Both the position numbers and the translations under genes were made by a program. The notes under the pieces were generated by a model that saw nothing but the letters and a program-made list of their open reading frames with translations, made no database searches and had not been told where the DNA came from. From Podarcis muralis (lineage: Eukaryota), in contig NC_135656.1 in the NCBI RefSeq assembly GCF_964188315.1, positions 121,396,001 to 121,460,000 on the forward strand: DNA of 64,000 bases. The letters run 5' to 3'. This document shows, piece by piece, positions 48,672 to 62,523 of the stretch. The stretch's first letter is position 1, and each line of letters starts with the position of its first letter.

Positions 48672-50329
48672 CTAAAATTAAGGGAAAACAGCAAACATTA
48701 AAAACTTCCTGATACAGGGCTGCCTTCAGATGTCTTCTAAAAGCTATGTAGTTCTTTATCTCCTTGACATCTGAAGGAAGGGTGTTCCACAGGGATGGTT
48801 CCACTACCGAGATGTAACTTCACTTCTTGCTGTGACAAAACCAGCAGAAGACCCTCAGAGTTGGACCTCGGTGTCCGGGCAGAACAATGGAGGTGGAGAC
48901 GCTCCTTCAGTTCTACAAGGCTGAGGCCGTTTAGGGCTTTAAAGGTCAGCACCAACACTTTGAATTGTGCTTGGAAACATACTCTGTATGTAGATCCTTT
49001 AAGATCAGTTATAGGTTCCTGGCAACTGCTCCCAGTCACCAGTGGACCTGCCACTTTCTGGATTAACTGTAGTTTCCGAGTCACCTTCAAAGGCAGCCCC
49101 ACCTAGTGCGCATTGTAGCAATCCAAGCGGGAGATAACCAGAGCATGTACCACAGTCTGCATGCAGGTAGGGTCTCAGCCTGTGTACCAGATGGAGCTGG
49201 TAGACAGCAGCCCCTAAATCCTGGCTATGCCCATGTCAACATTAGAAAACATTCATTTCCTTTCTTTCTACCTTTTATCTCTGCTAGCCCAGAGCTCTGG
49301 CCCTGCAGCCTTCCTTGTTTTCATGCCAGGTGGGCTTCCTCAATCCCAACATTTACCCAGGTCCCCATCTCCATTCCCTGAGACTCAGCAGATCTCTCTA
49401 AAGGTCCTGGGTGGGAACATTCAAAGGTGGTGGGAGACAGCCTGACCAGGTCAACCGTCCATCTTCCTCCTTCCATCCTTGCTTGGATTGAAGAGCTCAG
49501 AAGCTGCAGGTTCCTGGGAGGGAGGAAGAAGCAAAGAGAGCCTCAGAGGCCCTGCAGTCAGTTTCCTGCCCAAGACATTTTCCTGGTGAAGGTGAAGCCA
49601 TGCATGAAAAGTGGAGCGATGCCTGAAATAAGATCTTCTTCCCACCACCATTAAAAACATCCCTTCCCTTTTTTGCCAGTCTGGAGCTGTGACGACACGG
49701 CTGCCTCCCTCTGTTCCTCCTTGTCCTGCAACCGCACTTTAGGGGAAGGGGCTGTAGTTCGAGGGCAGAGCATCTCCTCCTCAGGCAGGAAGCCCCAGAT
49801 TCAGTCCCCAGGCAGGGCTGAGACTCCGCGTCTGAAAACCTGGAAGAGCAATTGCTGCCGGTCCGTGTCGACAATAGTAGCCCAGGTGGAGCAAGGCTAT
49901 GTGTAGGCAGCTCACTGCGCTTGGAGCCCCCAGTTCTGCTGCAGCAGTGGCTGGTGGTGAGAAACTGATGACATTTTAGGGCCAGTGGTTCTCCTCTTCC
50001 CATCCTTAAAGTCTTCCCTCCTCCATCTCTCCCAACACCTTGGTACCTTCCTAGGGCTGGGCTGCTATACAGAGAGACTGCGCCCTCCTTGGGGGCTTTC
50101 CTCCTGACCCCCCGCCCCCCAGACAGGGAAGGCATCGAAGATAAAAGAGCCCATGCCGTCTAGAGCTGAAATGAGTTTCCAGCTGACCCTGCCCTCCCTC
50201 CCCCTCTTTTCCCAAAACATGAATGTCTCCCTCCTCCTCTTCCCAGAGCCATCCTGCCCCCTGTCCTTTTGGGGGGATTTCATAGCCCACCCTAAAACTG
50301 CCTCTTCCCCCGCCTGCTCTCCTCCTGGG

Positions 50330-50680
50330 GCGCCCCTGCACCCCTTAAAGCGTTTGCACTCTTCGCAGCTCTTGGGGGGCTGAAATGTGGGTGCAACCCC
50401 ACGCATGCGCCTTCCTGCCCCTGCCCCTTTGCAAAACTGCCCTCTCCTGGAGGGCTTCTCTCCTGCGAAGGAGCTGCTCTGGCGCGGGAGCCCCCTCCCC
50501 CCCCCAAAAAATATATCCCTCTTTTCCCTACCTTGCAGAAGGCACAGTCTTCCGCGCTGCAGAATCTCCTCCCTCGCAGCTGTTCAAATGTGACAAACCG
50601 AGGAGGAAGTGACGCTTTCCCTCTCCTCCCCCAGGAAGTCCTCTCTCATAATATAATCGCTGCCTTTAACCCTTGAAGAG
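50330..50680 (-). promoter_or_regulatory. Candidate promoter/first exon of a minus-strand ZNF unit
   Basis: GC-rich; GGAAGTGACG (ETS plus half-CRE like) at ~50606; minus-strand donor AAG/GTAGG at ~50531; block conserved at 61400-61720. Confidence 0.5.
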
Positions 50681-51709
50681 CCAGCGTCTCTCCCACCCCC
50701 ACCCAAACTGCGTGGTGCTGGAGACATTGCGGATTCTGCCTATGGGGACCCCTCAAAGCGCCCCCCTTCCCTTGGAGGGGGGCACGCTCTCCTTTTCTTC
50801 CTGCATTTTCAGGGCGGTGGGATTTGCATTCTGCAGTGGGTCTGCTCCAAGGTTCACATGAGGCAGTTGTGGCATAGTGGTTGGAGTGCCCCTCTTGATA
50901 TGAAGGTGGGACGCTTCACAGATATTTTATGGCAAAATGCAAAAGAATTCTTTCTCATCCCTGGTAAAGAAAAATAAGCACCCCATCCCAGATCTCCTAA
51001 GGCTGTTTTTTGCAATATCAAAACCATGGTGCTGGAAAAAAACCATATTGAAGCCATGCCCACCTCACAAGGTTACTGAGAAGATATAAAGGGCGGGAAG
51101 GGCATAGAAAAACACTATAAGGATGTGCAGTTTTGGTCACAGCTTAACCCAGCTCACAGGGTTGTTGTTGTTGCAAAGGTAACAGGCGAGAAGAGAAGCC
51201 AGCAAGAAGTGGCTGGTGCAAATGTATCATTTCAGCTTCACAGAACCAGCAGAGACACAAAACTGGTGCGAAGCTCACCCTGCTCCATCAGAATCGCTTA
51301 ACTGCAAAACTGCACAGTCCTGATCTTTTATAGGGGGAAGAAAACACCGAAAAAGTAAAAATATATACAATTGACTTGCAGGCACAGAAGGCAGAGAGCT
51401 TTAAAAACTTGGGGGGGGGGGACATGACGGGGGTTTAAGAGCCATCCGGCTGCTGGTTCCAGAAGGCAAGGATGGTCCGATGCATTCATTCCCAGGGGTT
51501 TGTCCTGACCATATGTGATTTCGACTTTACACACCTATCACCGAAATGTAACCCCTGCAAAAGTTGTGTGTCGAACTGTGCACCCTATACAATAGTTTAT
51601 TGTCACAACTCTCAGCACCCTTAACCAGCAAAACAAGCTCCCAGAAATCTTAGGGGGGTTTCATGGGGCTTTGGATATGTGGTGTGAATGTGGCCTAACA
51701 GATTTGTGC

Positions 51710-51745
<36 letters not shown>

Positions 51746-51959
51746 CATCACTGGGCCTCCAAACACACGTTGGAAATAGACACACATTGATCAAAATGGT
51801 GCAGCATAAAATCCCAGGTGCAGTCAGCTCTCTATCCTTCCACGTTTCACCGCTCACGTATGCGCAGGCGCTCAAAATGATGTCACGCACATGTGCAGAA
51901 GCAGCGAAAAGATAAAAACTCAATTATATAAAATACATTTTGGGGGTTTGAATCAATAG

Positions 51960-52330
51960 TCAGATACTGGATCTTATTCTAATTGCCCGAGCTAAAAACA
52001 TTGCAACCTTTGATGTCACCTGCTCATCTTGGTCTGCTGAGAGAAAAAACACTGTGACAGGGGCTGGGTGACCTGGAATAGACAATAAAATAGGGGTGAT
52101 AGCCTCACTCTCCAAATCTTTATAAAGAGTTCAAACAGGAAGGACATGTGCTGCCATCTCCACAGGGACATAACCGTTTTTCGTGTGGAATTTGTTGGAA
52201 TCGTCCCTCAAGTACAACCGAAGGCAGTATATTCAATCTTGTGAGAGTAAATGCACGTCTATATTTTATAATTGCTAAGTTATGCAGATAGGGTGCAGAA
52301 GAGTCAAAATGGGTATATCTCTGCCGCTGA
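51960..52330 (-). mobile_element. Non-LTR retrotransposon ORF2 C-terminus (clade uncertain)
   Basis: YLHNLAIIKYRRAFTLTRLNILPSVVLEGRFQQIPHEKRLCPCG, then a degraded CCHC-like motif. Confidence 0.6.
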
Positions 52331-53226
52331 TGTTTTTCCTACTGCGACCTTGGGCAGTAGGAATGTTGTCCCAATGTTGTCATTCCAGCGTGGTTCAGGG
52401 CGGACCTGAAGTCACAAGATTAAGTCCCGTCCTTCTCAACACAGCTCCCCCTCCGTACCACTTCAAGATAAACAACAGGCCTCTCCTTTCAGCTGATCAA
52501 CAACTTTCAAACATTCACCATTTTCTTCCTTTGCCTTAGACAAGCATTCGGGGACCACTGCTTTTCACGTGCCTTTGTGAAATTCCTCTCACCTCCATTT
52601 TGCTGTTTAGCCAATGTCCTTCCTCTTAAAAATAGGTTGAATGTCAACACCTCCTTAAATCCACACGCTTTTTTTGGGTGGTGGTGGGGTTAAGCTCTAG
52701 TTTCCCAACGACATCCGTCAAAACAAGGTTCTCCCCACCTTGACTCCTTTCAAACCACACACAGCTTTAAATCTTCTTTTAAATGTCAAAGTACACAGTA
52801 CATCGAACCATCCACACTTGTAACTCTATAAACCTTGTGTTTGGAGAGGTTTGCCAAATCATAAACTTAGGGACTTAAAATCCTATTATAAGGAATTAAA
52901 ATCCTATTATAAGGAGAACGTCTGCTTTTGTTGGCAGTCCGAGGGGGTTGCATCATGGCAAATGTGGTGACCCAACACCTCCATCTGCCCCCATGCTGAT
53001 CTGCACAGGAGCGAGCCGTTGAGGCGACCTTCGGTCAGCCTGCTCCCTCGTACCCAAGGAGGTTTCCAGGAATGCTTAAACCTTTTCGCTCCCTACCCCT
53101 TCATTTGTGCCTCCCTCCAATGTTGAGAGAGCTGCCGCCATAGTGCAAGACCAGAACTGGAAACTGCAGGTCAAAGAATAATACAAATGTAGTGTTGGAA
53201 GGGACCACAAGAATCATCTAGTCCAG

Positions 53227-53581
53227 GGGTAAAGGTAAAGGGACCCCTGACCATTAGGTCCAGTCGCGGATGACTCTGGGGTTGCGGCGCTCATCTCGCT
53301 TTACTGGCCAAGGGAGCCGGCGTACAGCTTCCGGGTCATGTGGCCAGCATGACTAAGCCGCTTCTGGCGAACCAGAGCAGCGCACGGAAACGCCGTTTAC
53401 CTTCCCGCCAGAGCAGTACCTATTTATCTACTTGCACTTTGATGTGCTTTCAAACTGCTAGGTTGGCAGGAGCAGGGACTGAGCAACGGCAGCTCACCCA
53501 ATCGCAGGGTTTCGAACCGCCGACGTTCTGATCGGAAAGCCCTAGGTTCTGTGAATTAGACCACAGCGCCACCCGCGTTCC
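53227..53581 (-). mobile_element. Sauria SINE
   Basis: GGTAAAGGTAAAGGGACCCCTGACC...CCACAGCGCCACCCGCG; near full length. Confidence 0.9.
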
Positions 53582-54296
53582 AGTCCAGGGGTAGTCAACA
53601 TTTTTATACCTACTGCCCTCTAATGCATCTTTCTTAATGGTACAATTTCCATACCGCCCACCAGGACTTGATGGAAGGAGGATTCAGCTTGTGCCGTAGA
53701 ACCCCCTACCGCCTAATTAGAATCCTGAAATGCCCATTAGTGGTTGTAGGGACCAGGTTGACAATCCCTGATTTAGTCCAACCCCCTGCAATGCAGGAAA
53801 AAACAACCCGACCTCTGCTGAAAAACCTAAAAAAAATGAAGGAGAGTTCACCACCTTCCAAGGTAGCTCATCTCACTGGCAGTCAGAAATTTCTTCCTAA
53901 AGCTTAGGATTAGAGGTATTTTTACTCCTTGCATAAAATACAGATGCAGGAAGAGTCGGAAGGCCAGGAAGTAATTGTAATCTCTGTATTTACGTGGATT
54001 TAAATGAAAGAAGTGAAAGAAGCTCAATTACATAACTGGGGGAAAATATTACAAAAAGACAATAACGATAAAGAGTACAAATTAAGAAGGGGGGGAAGGG
54101 AAAGAAAACTCACACTATCTATTGTTATTATTAAGACAAAGATAAAGAATATGACATAAATTTGAGGTTGCAATTTCATGTTACAATTAAAAAATCTCAT
54201 TATCAATAAACCCAACCTCCCATTTATTCCTTACTTCTTTCTACCTAACTTTACTGCCATACCAAAATACTATTTTTAATATTATTTTTACACAGT

Positions 54297-56035
54297 TTTG
54301 TTGTTGTTTAGTCGTGTCCGACTCTTGGTGACCCCATGGACCAGAGCATGCCAGGCACTTCTGTCTTCCACTGCCTCCCGCAGTTTGGTCAAACTCATGC
54401 TGGTAGCTTCGAGAACAGTGTCCAACCATCTCGTCCTCTGTCATCCCCTTCTCCTTGTGCCCTCCATCTTTCCCAACATCAGGGTCTTTTCCAGGAAGTC
54501 TTCTCTTCTCATGAGGTGGCTAAAGTATTGGAGCCTCAGCTTCAGGATCTGTCCTTCCAGTGAGCACTCAGGGCTGATTTCCTTAAGAATGGATACGTTT
54601 AATCTTCTTGCAGTCCATGGGACTCTCAAGAGTCTCCTCCAGCACCATAATTCAAAAGCATAAATTCTTCGGCGATCAGCCTTCTTTATGGTCCAGCTCT
54701 CATTTCCATACATCACTACTGGGAAAACCATGGCTTTAACTATACGGACCTTTGTTGGCAAGGTGACGTCTCTACTTCTCAAGATGCTGTCTAGGCCTGT
54801 CATTGCCCTTCTCCCAAGAAGCAGGCGTCTTTTAATTTTGTGACTGCTGTCACCATCTGCAGTGATCATGGAGCCCAAGAAAGTAAAATCTCTCACTGCC
54901 TCCATTTCTTCCCCTTCTATTTGCCAGGAGGTGATGGGACCAGTGGCCATGATCTTCGTTTTTTTTGATGTTGAGCTTCAGACCATATTTTGCGCTCTCC
55001 TCTTTCACCCTCATTAAAAGGTTCTTTAATTCCTCCTCACTTTCTGCCATCAAGGTTGTGTCATCTGCATATGTTGATATTTCTTCCGGCAATCTTAATT
55101 CCGGTTTAGGATTCATCCAGCCCAGCCTTTCACATGATGAATTCTGCATACAAATTAAATAAGCAGGGAGACAATATACAGCCTTTTTGTACTCCTTTCC
55201 CAATTTTGAACCAATCAGTTGTTCCATATCCAGTTCTAACTGTAGCTTCTTTTCCCACATAGAGATTTCTCAGGAGACAGATGAGGTGATCAGGCACTCC
55301 CATTTCTTTAAGAACTTGCCATAGTTTGCTGTGGTCGACACAGTCAAAGGCTTTTGCATAGTCAATGAAGCAGAAGTAGATGTCTTTCTGGAACTCTCTA
55401 GCTTTCTCCATAATCCAACGCATGTTTGCAATTTGGTCTCTGGTTCCTCTGCCTCTTCTGAAATCCAGCTTGCACTTCTGGGAGTTCTCGGTCCGCATAC
55501 TGCTTAAGCCTGCCTTGTAGAATTTTAAGCATAACCTTGCTAGCGTGTGAAATGAGTGCAATTGTGCGGTAGTTGGAGCATTCTTTTGCACGTCCCTTCT
55601 TTGGGATTGGGATGTAGACTGATCTTCTCCAATCCTCTGGCCACTGCTGAGTTTTCCAAATTTGCTGGCATATTGAGTGTAGCACCTTAACAGCATCATC
55701 TTTTAAAATTTTAAATAGTTCAGCTGGAATATCATCACTTCCACTGGCCTTGTTATTAGCAGTGCTTTCTAAGGCCCATTTGACTTCACTCTCCAGGATG
55801 TCTGGCTCAAGGTCAGCAACCACACTACCTGGGGTCTACGAGACATCCATTTCTTTCTGGTATAGTTCCTCTGTGTATTCTTGCCACCACTTCTTGATGT
55901 CTTCTGCTTCTGTTAGGTCCTTTCCACTTTTGTCTTTTATTATGGAAATCTTTGTACGAAATGTTCCTTTCATATCTCCAATTTTCTTGAACAGATCTCT
56001 GGTTTTTCCCATTCTATTGTTTTCCTCTATTTCTT
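54297..56035 (-). mobile_element. Bov-B LINE, 5'-truncated (~1.74 kb), frameshifted RT
   Basis: KASGSDDIPAELFK, NYRTIALISHASK, FIDYAKAFDCVDH, QGCILSP-like motif, YADDTTL; (CAA)n tail. Confidence 0.93.
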
Positions 56036-56259
56036 TAGAGCCTGCGACAGATTGCTCTGGCCCTGCAGCCCTCCTTGTTTTCTTGCCAGGGGAGCTTCCT
56101 CAACCCCCAACATCTCCCCAGGTCCCCCTCTCCATTCCCTGCAACTCACCAGATCTCTCTAAAGGTCCTGGGAGGGAACATTCAAAGGCGGTGGGAGACA
56201 GCCTGACCAGGTCAACCATCCATCTTCTTCCTTCCATCCTCGCTAGGTTTGCAGAAAAA

Positions 56260-56298
<39 letters not shown>

Positions 56299-56553
56299 AT
56301 ATACTCCACCCTTCCTGGTTCAGAAAACCGGGCTCAATGCAGCTAACAACAAATTTAAAACACTTAATTGATGCAACAAAAAACAGCATAAAATACAGTA
56401 TAAAATGTGAATAACAATAAATTCAGAATTCAAAAATCAATTTAGGTGGAAATTGATCCACCTAAACATTAGATGATCACCATGGTAGCTGGCTAAATTA
56501 GTCCTATTTGGGCCAGCGAGGAGACCAGGGGAGAATTAGCTGTGGGATCCCAG

Positions 56554-59500
56554 TCCAGCAACTGGAGGAACGTGTAGCTGCGCTCCAAAGAATTAGAGAG
56601 CTGGAGCTCTTCTTGGAAGCAACAGAGAACACCGTCTCCACCAAGGAGGAGACAGGGGACACCCCTGAGAAGGAAGCTAGTTCACCAACACAGGAGCCAG
56701 ATATATGGAGAAACATGACTCAAAGAAGTAGGAGGCCCAGGGTTCCCTCTGATTGTTTAGAAATACACAATAGCTTTGAGGTCCTCTCCCCTAGCATGGA
56801 AGACGAAGAGCAGACTCCATTTGAGGATCTCTCCCTCATTACAGTCGATCAGGTATATGAAGACGAGCAGCAAAGTCAGTCCTCAGGGAATGTGCAGGCG
56901 ACCTTGGAACGGACAGCTCACGGAAGAACCCCGACCAAAACTAAGAGGAGGCGTGTAGTGGTGATAGGGGATTCCCTACTGAGGGGAACAGAAGCAGTGA
57001 TCTGTGGGCCTGACAAGATGTCTCGGGAAGTGTGCTGTCTCCCCGGGGCTAAGATCCAAGATGTAACTGAACGACTGCAAGGAATCATAAAACCCACTGA
57101 CAAATACCCCTTCCTCTTGGTTCATGTGGGAACCAATGACACTGCAAGCAATAGCCTCCAGAAGATCAAAAGAGACTTCAAGGCTCTGGGCAGGAAATTG
57201 AAGCAATTAAATGCACAAATTGTCATCTCATCTGTCCTCCCAGTTGAACGATGTGGCCCAGGGAGAGAGGGAAAAATAGTGGAAGTGAACAGCTGGCTTC
57301 GCAAATGGTGTAAACAGGAACGGTTTGGATTCTTAGATCACGGACTGCAGTTTCTTGAAGATGGACTTCTGGCAAGCGATGGGCTGCACCTCACAACGGT
57401 TGGGAGGAATGTTTTTGCCAAAAATCTCAGAAACCTCATCAGGAGGGCTTTAAACTGACTAATGTGGGGGAGGGAGACAGTGCTCCTGAAGGTAGGAGTC
57501 TATCAATTGATGAAGATGATCATCCAAATGTCATAGACCAAATGGAGCAAACAGCACGCAGACCTAGTGGTGGGAGGAAAAAATCCTTAAATAAGAGACA
57601 CGGGGGAATGATTAATGGACTTCAATGTCTGTACACTAATGCGCAAAGCATGGGAAATAAACAAGATGAGCTTGAGCTCTTGGTACAGCAAACTAAATAT
57701 GACATAATAGGCATCACTGAAACCTGGTGGGATAAGTCCCACGATTGGAATGTAATAATGGAGGGATGCAATCTATTTCAGAGAAACAGACCAGACAAGA
57801 AAGGAGGAGGAGTGGCATTATATGTCAGGGATGTGTATACCTGTGAAGAGATCCAAGATTTAGAACCTCAAAGCCAAAGTGAGAGCATTTGGGTCAAAAT
57901 TAAGGGTAAGAGATAACAGTGGAAAGGGAAAGAATAACAGTGACCTGATTGTGGGAGTTTACTATAGATCCCCAAGCCAAACGGAGGACATAGATGATGC
58001 CTTCCTGGAACAGATGGCCAAGCATGCAAAAGGAAGGGAGATAGTAGTAATGGGGGACTTCAATTACCCGGATATTTGTTGGATGTCAAACTCAGCCAAG
58101 AGCATATGGTCAAACAGATTCCTCACTGCCCTTGCAGACAACTTCATTGTCCAGAAAGTGGGAGAAGCAACAAGAGGAACAGCCATTTTAGATCTGGTCC
58201 TAACCAATGTTGATGACCTGGTTAGTGGGGTAGAAGTGGAAGGATCATTAGGCGCGACTGATCATGCTCTTATGAAGTTTACTATACAGCGGAAAGGAGC
58301 AGCCAAGCATACTAGGACTCAATTTCTTGACTTTAAGAAAGTTTTCTTAAAGTCAATTTCTTGACTTTAAGAAAGTTTTCTTAAAGTCAATTTCTTGACT
58401 TTAAGAAAACTTAGGGAAGTGCTGGAGATAGTACAAGAATACTTGGCTAGTTTAGATGTATTCAAGTCTCCAGGGCCAGATGAACTGCATCCAAGAATAT
58501 TAAAAGAACTGGCAGATGTGATTTCAGAACCACTGGCAGTCATCTTTGAGAATTCCTGGAGAACAGGCGAAGTCCCGGCAGACTGGAGGAGGGCAAATGT
58601 CCCTATTTTCAAAAAGGGGGAAAGAGAGGACCCAAATAATTATCGCCCAGTCAGTCTGACATCAATACCAGGGAAGATTCTGGAGCAGATCATTAAGCAA
58701 ACAGTCTGTGAGCAACTAGAAAGGAATGCTGTGATCACCAATAGTCAGCATGGATTTCTGAAAAATAAGTCATGTCAGACTAACCTGATCTCGTTTTTTG
58801 ACAGAATTACAAGCCTGGTAGATGAAGGGAACGCAGTGGATGTAGCCTACCTTGATTTCAGCAAGGCATTTGACAAGGTGCCCCATGATATTCTTGTAAA
58901 GAAGCTGGTAAAATGTGGTCTTGACTATGCTACCACTCAGTGGATTTGTAACTGGCTGACTGACCGAACCCAAAGGGTGCTCATCAATGGTTCCTCTTCA
59001 TCCTGGAGAAGAGTGACTAGTTGGGTGCCACAGGGTTCTGTCTTGGGCCCGGTCTTATTCAACATCTTTATCAACGACTTGGATGATGGACTCAAGGGCA
59101 TCCTGATCAAATTTGCAGATGACACCAAATTGGGAGGGCTGGCTAACACCCCAGAGGACAGAATCACACTTCAAAACGACCTTGACAGATTAGAGAACTG
59201 GGCCAAAACAAACAAGATGAAGTTTAACAGGGAGAAATGTAAAGTATTGCACTTGGGCAAAAAAAAATGAAAGGCACAAATACAAGATGGGGGACACCTG
59301 GCTTGAGAGCAGTACATGTGAAAAGGATCTAGGAGTCTTGGTTGACCACAAACTTGACATGAGCCAACAGTGTGACGCGGCAGCTAAAAAAGCCAATGCA
59401 ATTCTGGGCTGCATCAATAGGAGTATAGCATCTAGATCAAGGGAAGTAATAGTGCCACTGTATTCTACTCTGGTCAGACCTCACCTGGAGTACTGTGTCC

Positions 59501-59819
59501 AGTTCTGGGCACCACAGTTCAAGAAGGACACTGACAAACTGGAACGTGTCCAGAGGAGGGCAACCAAAATGGTCAAAGGCCTGGAAACGATGCCTTATGA
59601 GGAACGGCTAAGGGAGCTGGGCATGTTTAGCCTGGAGAAGAGGAGGTTAAGGGGTGATATGATAGCCATGTTCAAATATATAAAAGGATGTCATATAGAG
59701 GAGGGAGAAAGGTTGTTTTCTGCTGCTCCATATGTCAGGAGTGCTCTGATGTTGTTTCCTGCTTGGCAGGGGGTTGGACTCGATGGCCCTTGTGGTCTCT
59801 TCCAACTCTATGATTCTAT
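56554..59819 (+). mobile_element. CR1 LINE (partial ORF1 with SGNH/GDSL esterase; ORF2 EN and RT) with internal deletions, nested in an L2
   Basis: VVVIGDSLLRG, VHVGTND, DGLHL; YTNAQS, GITETWWD, MGDFNYP; DFSKAFD, QGSVLGP, FADD; ATTCTATG tail; shared GATCCCAG at 56546-56553 and 59820-59827. Confidence 0.93.
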
Positions 59820-61399
59820 GATCCCAGAGTGGGTAATCTTCATAAAAAGGGAAGGTGGAGGGAAGGAAGGGGAATAAAAGATCAGGCTAAGTTCAAATTG
59901 AAAGCCAGGTAGAATAGCTCTGTCTTACAGGCCCCGCGGAAGGAAGTTAAATCCTGCAGGGCCCTGGTCTCATGGGGCAGAGCATTCCACCAGGTCGGAG
60001 CCATCACTAAGAAGGCCCTGGCCCTGGTGGAGGATAATCTGACTTCCTTAGGGCCCAAACTATGATTATTCATGGACCTTAAGGTCTTCTGCGGGGCATA
60101 CCAGGAGAGGCATACCAGGGGAATCAGACTCTTTCATCCTTCCTGAGGAGCTCAGAAGGCAAAACAAGCTGCATTTTCCTGAGACGGAAAAAGAAGCATA
60201 GGAAGTCTCAGCAGCCCTGCAGGGAATTCTCCTGCCCTAGATATTCTCCTGCCGCTGGACATCCCCTCTGCAACAGTCCCAAGCTGTTATTAAACATGTT
60301 TTTGTGATTCCAAATTAATCTGTCTGCTTCCTCTATCTTTCTTAAGGCGGGCATGGTACGCTCAGTAGTGACCTGAAAGTAGATCCCATTGAACTCAGTG
60401 GAGCTTACATATGAGTAAATCTGCAATGGACTGCTGTGCATATTCTCCCTCTTCTGACACACAGAAACCCATTGGTCCTCTTCCCCTCCCTTCTTCCAGT
60501 CAAGACCTTCTTGCCCTTTCTCCCCCCTGTGTCTTTTCTGCTCACTTGGGGGGTGTCCCTCCCCATCCATCCATCCTCCCCCCCCCCAACCCCCTGTAAC
60601 TCAGGCAGAAGCAAAGGGAGCCTGCAGGGATTTATCCTGCCACACAATTTCCTTGTTTCCACTCCCCAAACCTCCATGCCCCCAACTCCATTCCCTGCCA
60701 CTCACCAGATCTCTCTGAGTGTCCTGGAGGGGAACGGTCAGAGGTTGGGGGAGGCAGCCGGACCAGGTCAACCGTCCATCTTCCCCCTTCCATCCTCGCT
60801 AGGTTCGCAGGATCTGCCTCTTCCATCCTTCCTGAGGAGCTCAGAAGATGCAGGTTCGAGGGAGGGAGATAGAAGCAAAGGCAGCCTCAGAGGCCCTGCA
60901 TCCATTTCCCCACCCAACATATTTTCCTGGTGAAAGATAAGCCTGCCTAGGTGTGGGCACCCACTTGCGGTTTCCTTGGTAAAAGAGGGGCCCCTTCTCC
61001 TGGACCCCACCATGCGAGGAAAGTGGAGTCATGCCTGAAAGAGGATCTTCTACCCACCATCATTAAACACATTCCTTTTTTGGCCTCCTTCTTTCTCTGC
61101 CAGCCTGGAGCTGTGACAGGGCTGCCTCCCTCCATGCCACCTCCTCCCCCAGCCCCACTTTAAGGGAAGGGGCTGTAGCTCAAGGGCGGAGCATCTCCTC
61201 AGCAGGCAGAAAGCCCCCGATCCAAGACCCCCCCCCTTTGGTCTAATCCTGCCCTCTCTACTCGACCCCTTTCTTTCCAAAACATCCATGCCTCCCTCCT
61301 CCTCTCCCCAGAGCCACCCTGCCCCCTTTCCTTTTGGGGGGGGGGGTTCCTACCCCACCCTAAAACTCCCTCCCCCCCCCCCGCCTCGCCTTCTTGCCT

Positions 61400-61720
61400 T
61401 GCTCTCCCCCTGGGGCGCCCCTGCAGCCCTCGAGGTCCTTTGCTCTCCCCGCAGCTCTTTGGGGGCTCAAATGTGGGGTGCAAACCCATGCATGCTCCTC
61501 CCCCGGAGGGCTTCTCTCCTGCTCTGACACGGGAGCCCCCTCCTCCCTCCCAAAAAAATATATCCCTCTTTTCCTACCTTGCAAAAGGCACAGTCTTCCG
61601 CGCTGCAGAATCTCCTCCCTCGCAGCTTGTCACATGTGACAAACCGAGGAGGAAGTGACGCTTTTCCTCTCCTCCCCCAGGAAGTCCTCTGTCATAATAT
61701 AATCGCTGCCTTTAACCCTT
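61400..61720 (-). promoter_or_regulatory. Second copy of the candidate ZNF promoter/first exon
   Basis: GTGACAAACCGAGGAGGAAGTGACGCTTT shared with 50590-50620; donor AAG/GTAGG at ~61577. Confidence 0.5.
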
Positions 61721-62141
61721 GAAGAGCCAGTATTCCCTCATCCCAAACTGTAAGGTGCTGGGGACATTGCAGATTCTGCTTCTTTGTACTCCATAAAGTA
61801 GGGTTGCTACCTTGGGGGTGATTCCTCCCACCCCCCAATTTGTTGCTGAACCGACTTCGAAGCAATCCATTGCAATCTGTCGCAGGCCCATCTTGCATTT
61901 CTCTCCCTCATCATCATTCCTGCAATTTCCTCCATCGCCTCTCCAACAATTTCATTTGTTCCACAGAACTTTCCCTCCGGTTGACAGAAGAGAATCCTTT
62001 GGATCCCAGCTTGAAGTGCAGAATGACTTCCCCAGTCTTCAGGTTAAATATGCTATAAAGGCTGTCAATTTAGCGTGCTTCCTAACAAGTTTGGATTTGT
62101 GAAAGTTTTATTTATGGCTGAGTAATACATGCACTTTATTG

Positions 62142-62523
62142 TGTTACCGGAAAATCCGAGGGCCCCCTTGGACAAAACAAAGACACCAACCAGGATAACT
62201 TGGAGCAAAACAGCAGCCTGTAGGCTTGGCCTTTATTGAACTGATGCATCAAGGTGTTCCCCTCACTTGCAGGAGAGAGGAAAGACCCAGAAAGATGGTG
62301 TGCAAGACCTTATAAAAACTTTTGAAATTCCCCTCCTCTAGGTCAAGCCCACCCCCAGAAACATCATGCATACATTACAGAAAGGAGGGGTTGAGGGAGG
62401 AGTTGGTGGTAACCTGAGTGTCCTGTCACCTGGCTGGTTCCTCCTTTCCCCCCTCCGCATGAGTCACTTCCAGGAGACAAAGGGGAGTTGGCAGTTTCCT
62501 GCCCCCAGAGGGAAGATCTGATC
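62142..62523. mobile_element. Possible solo LTR
   Basis: TG start, CA end, minus-strand AATAAA at ~62232; TSD not clean. Confidence 0.3.

Noticed and set aside
49497-50612. Multiple 70-212 aa ORFs in the GC-rich segment (also 60400-61660)
   Set aside because: Low-complexity purine/pyrimidine-rich sequence; frames not conserved between the two paralogous copies.
56508-56553. N-terminus of the 316-aa ORF as part of CR1 ORF1
   Set aside because: Comes from flanking L2 sequence; the CR1 is 5'-truncated at ~56554.
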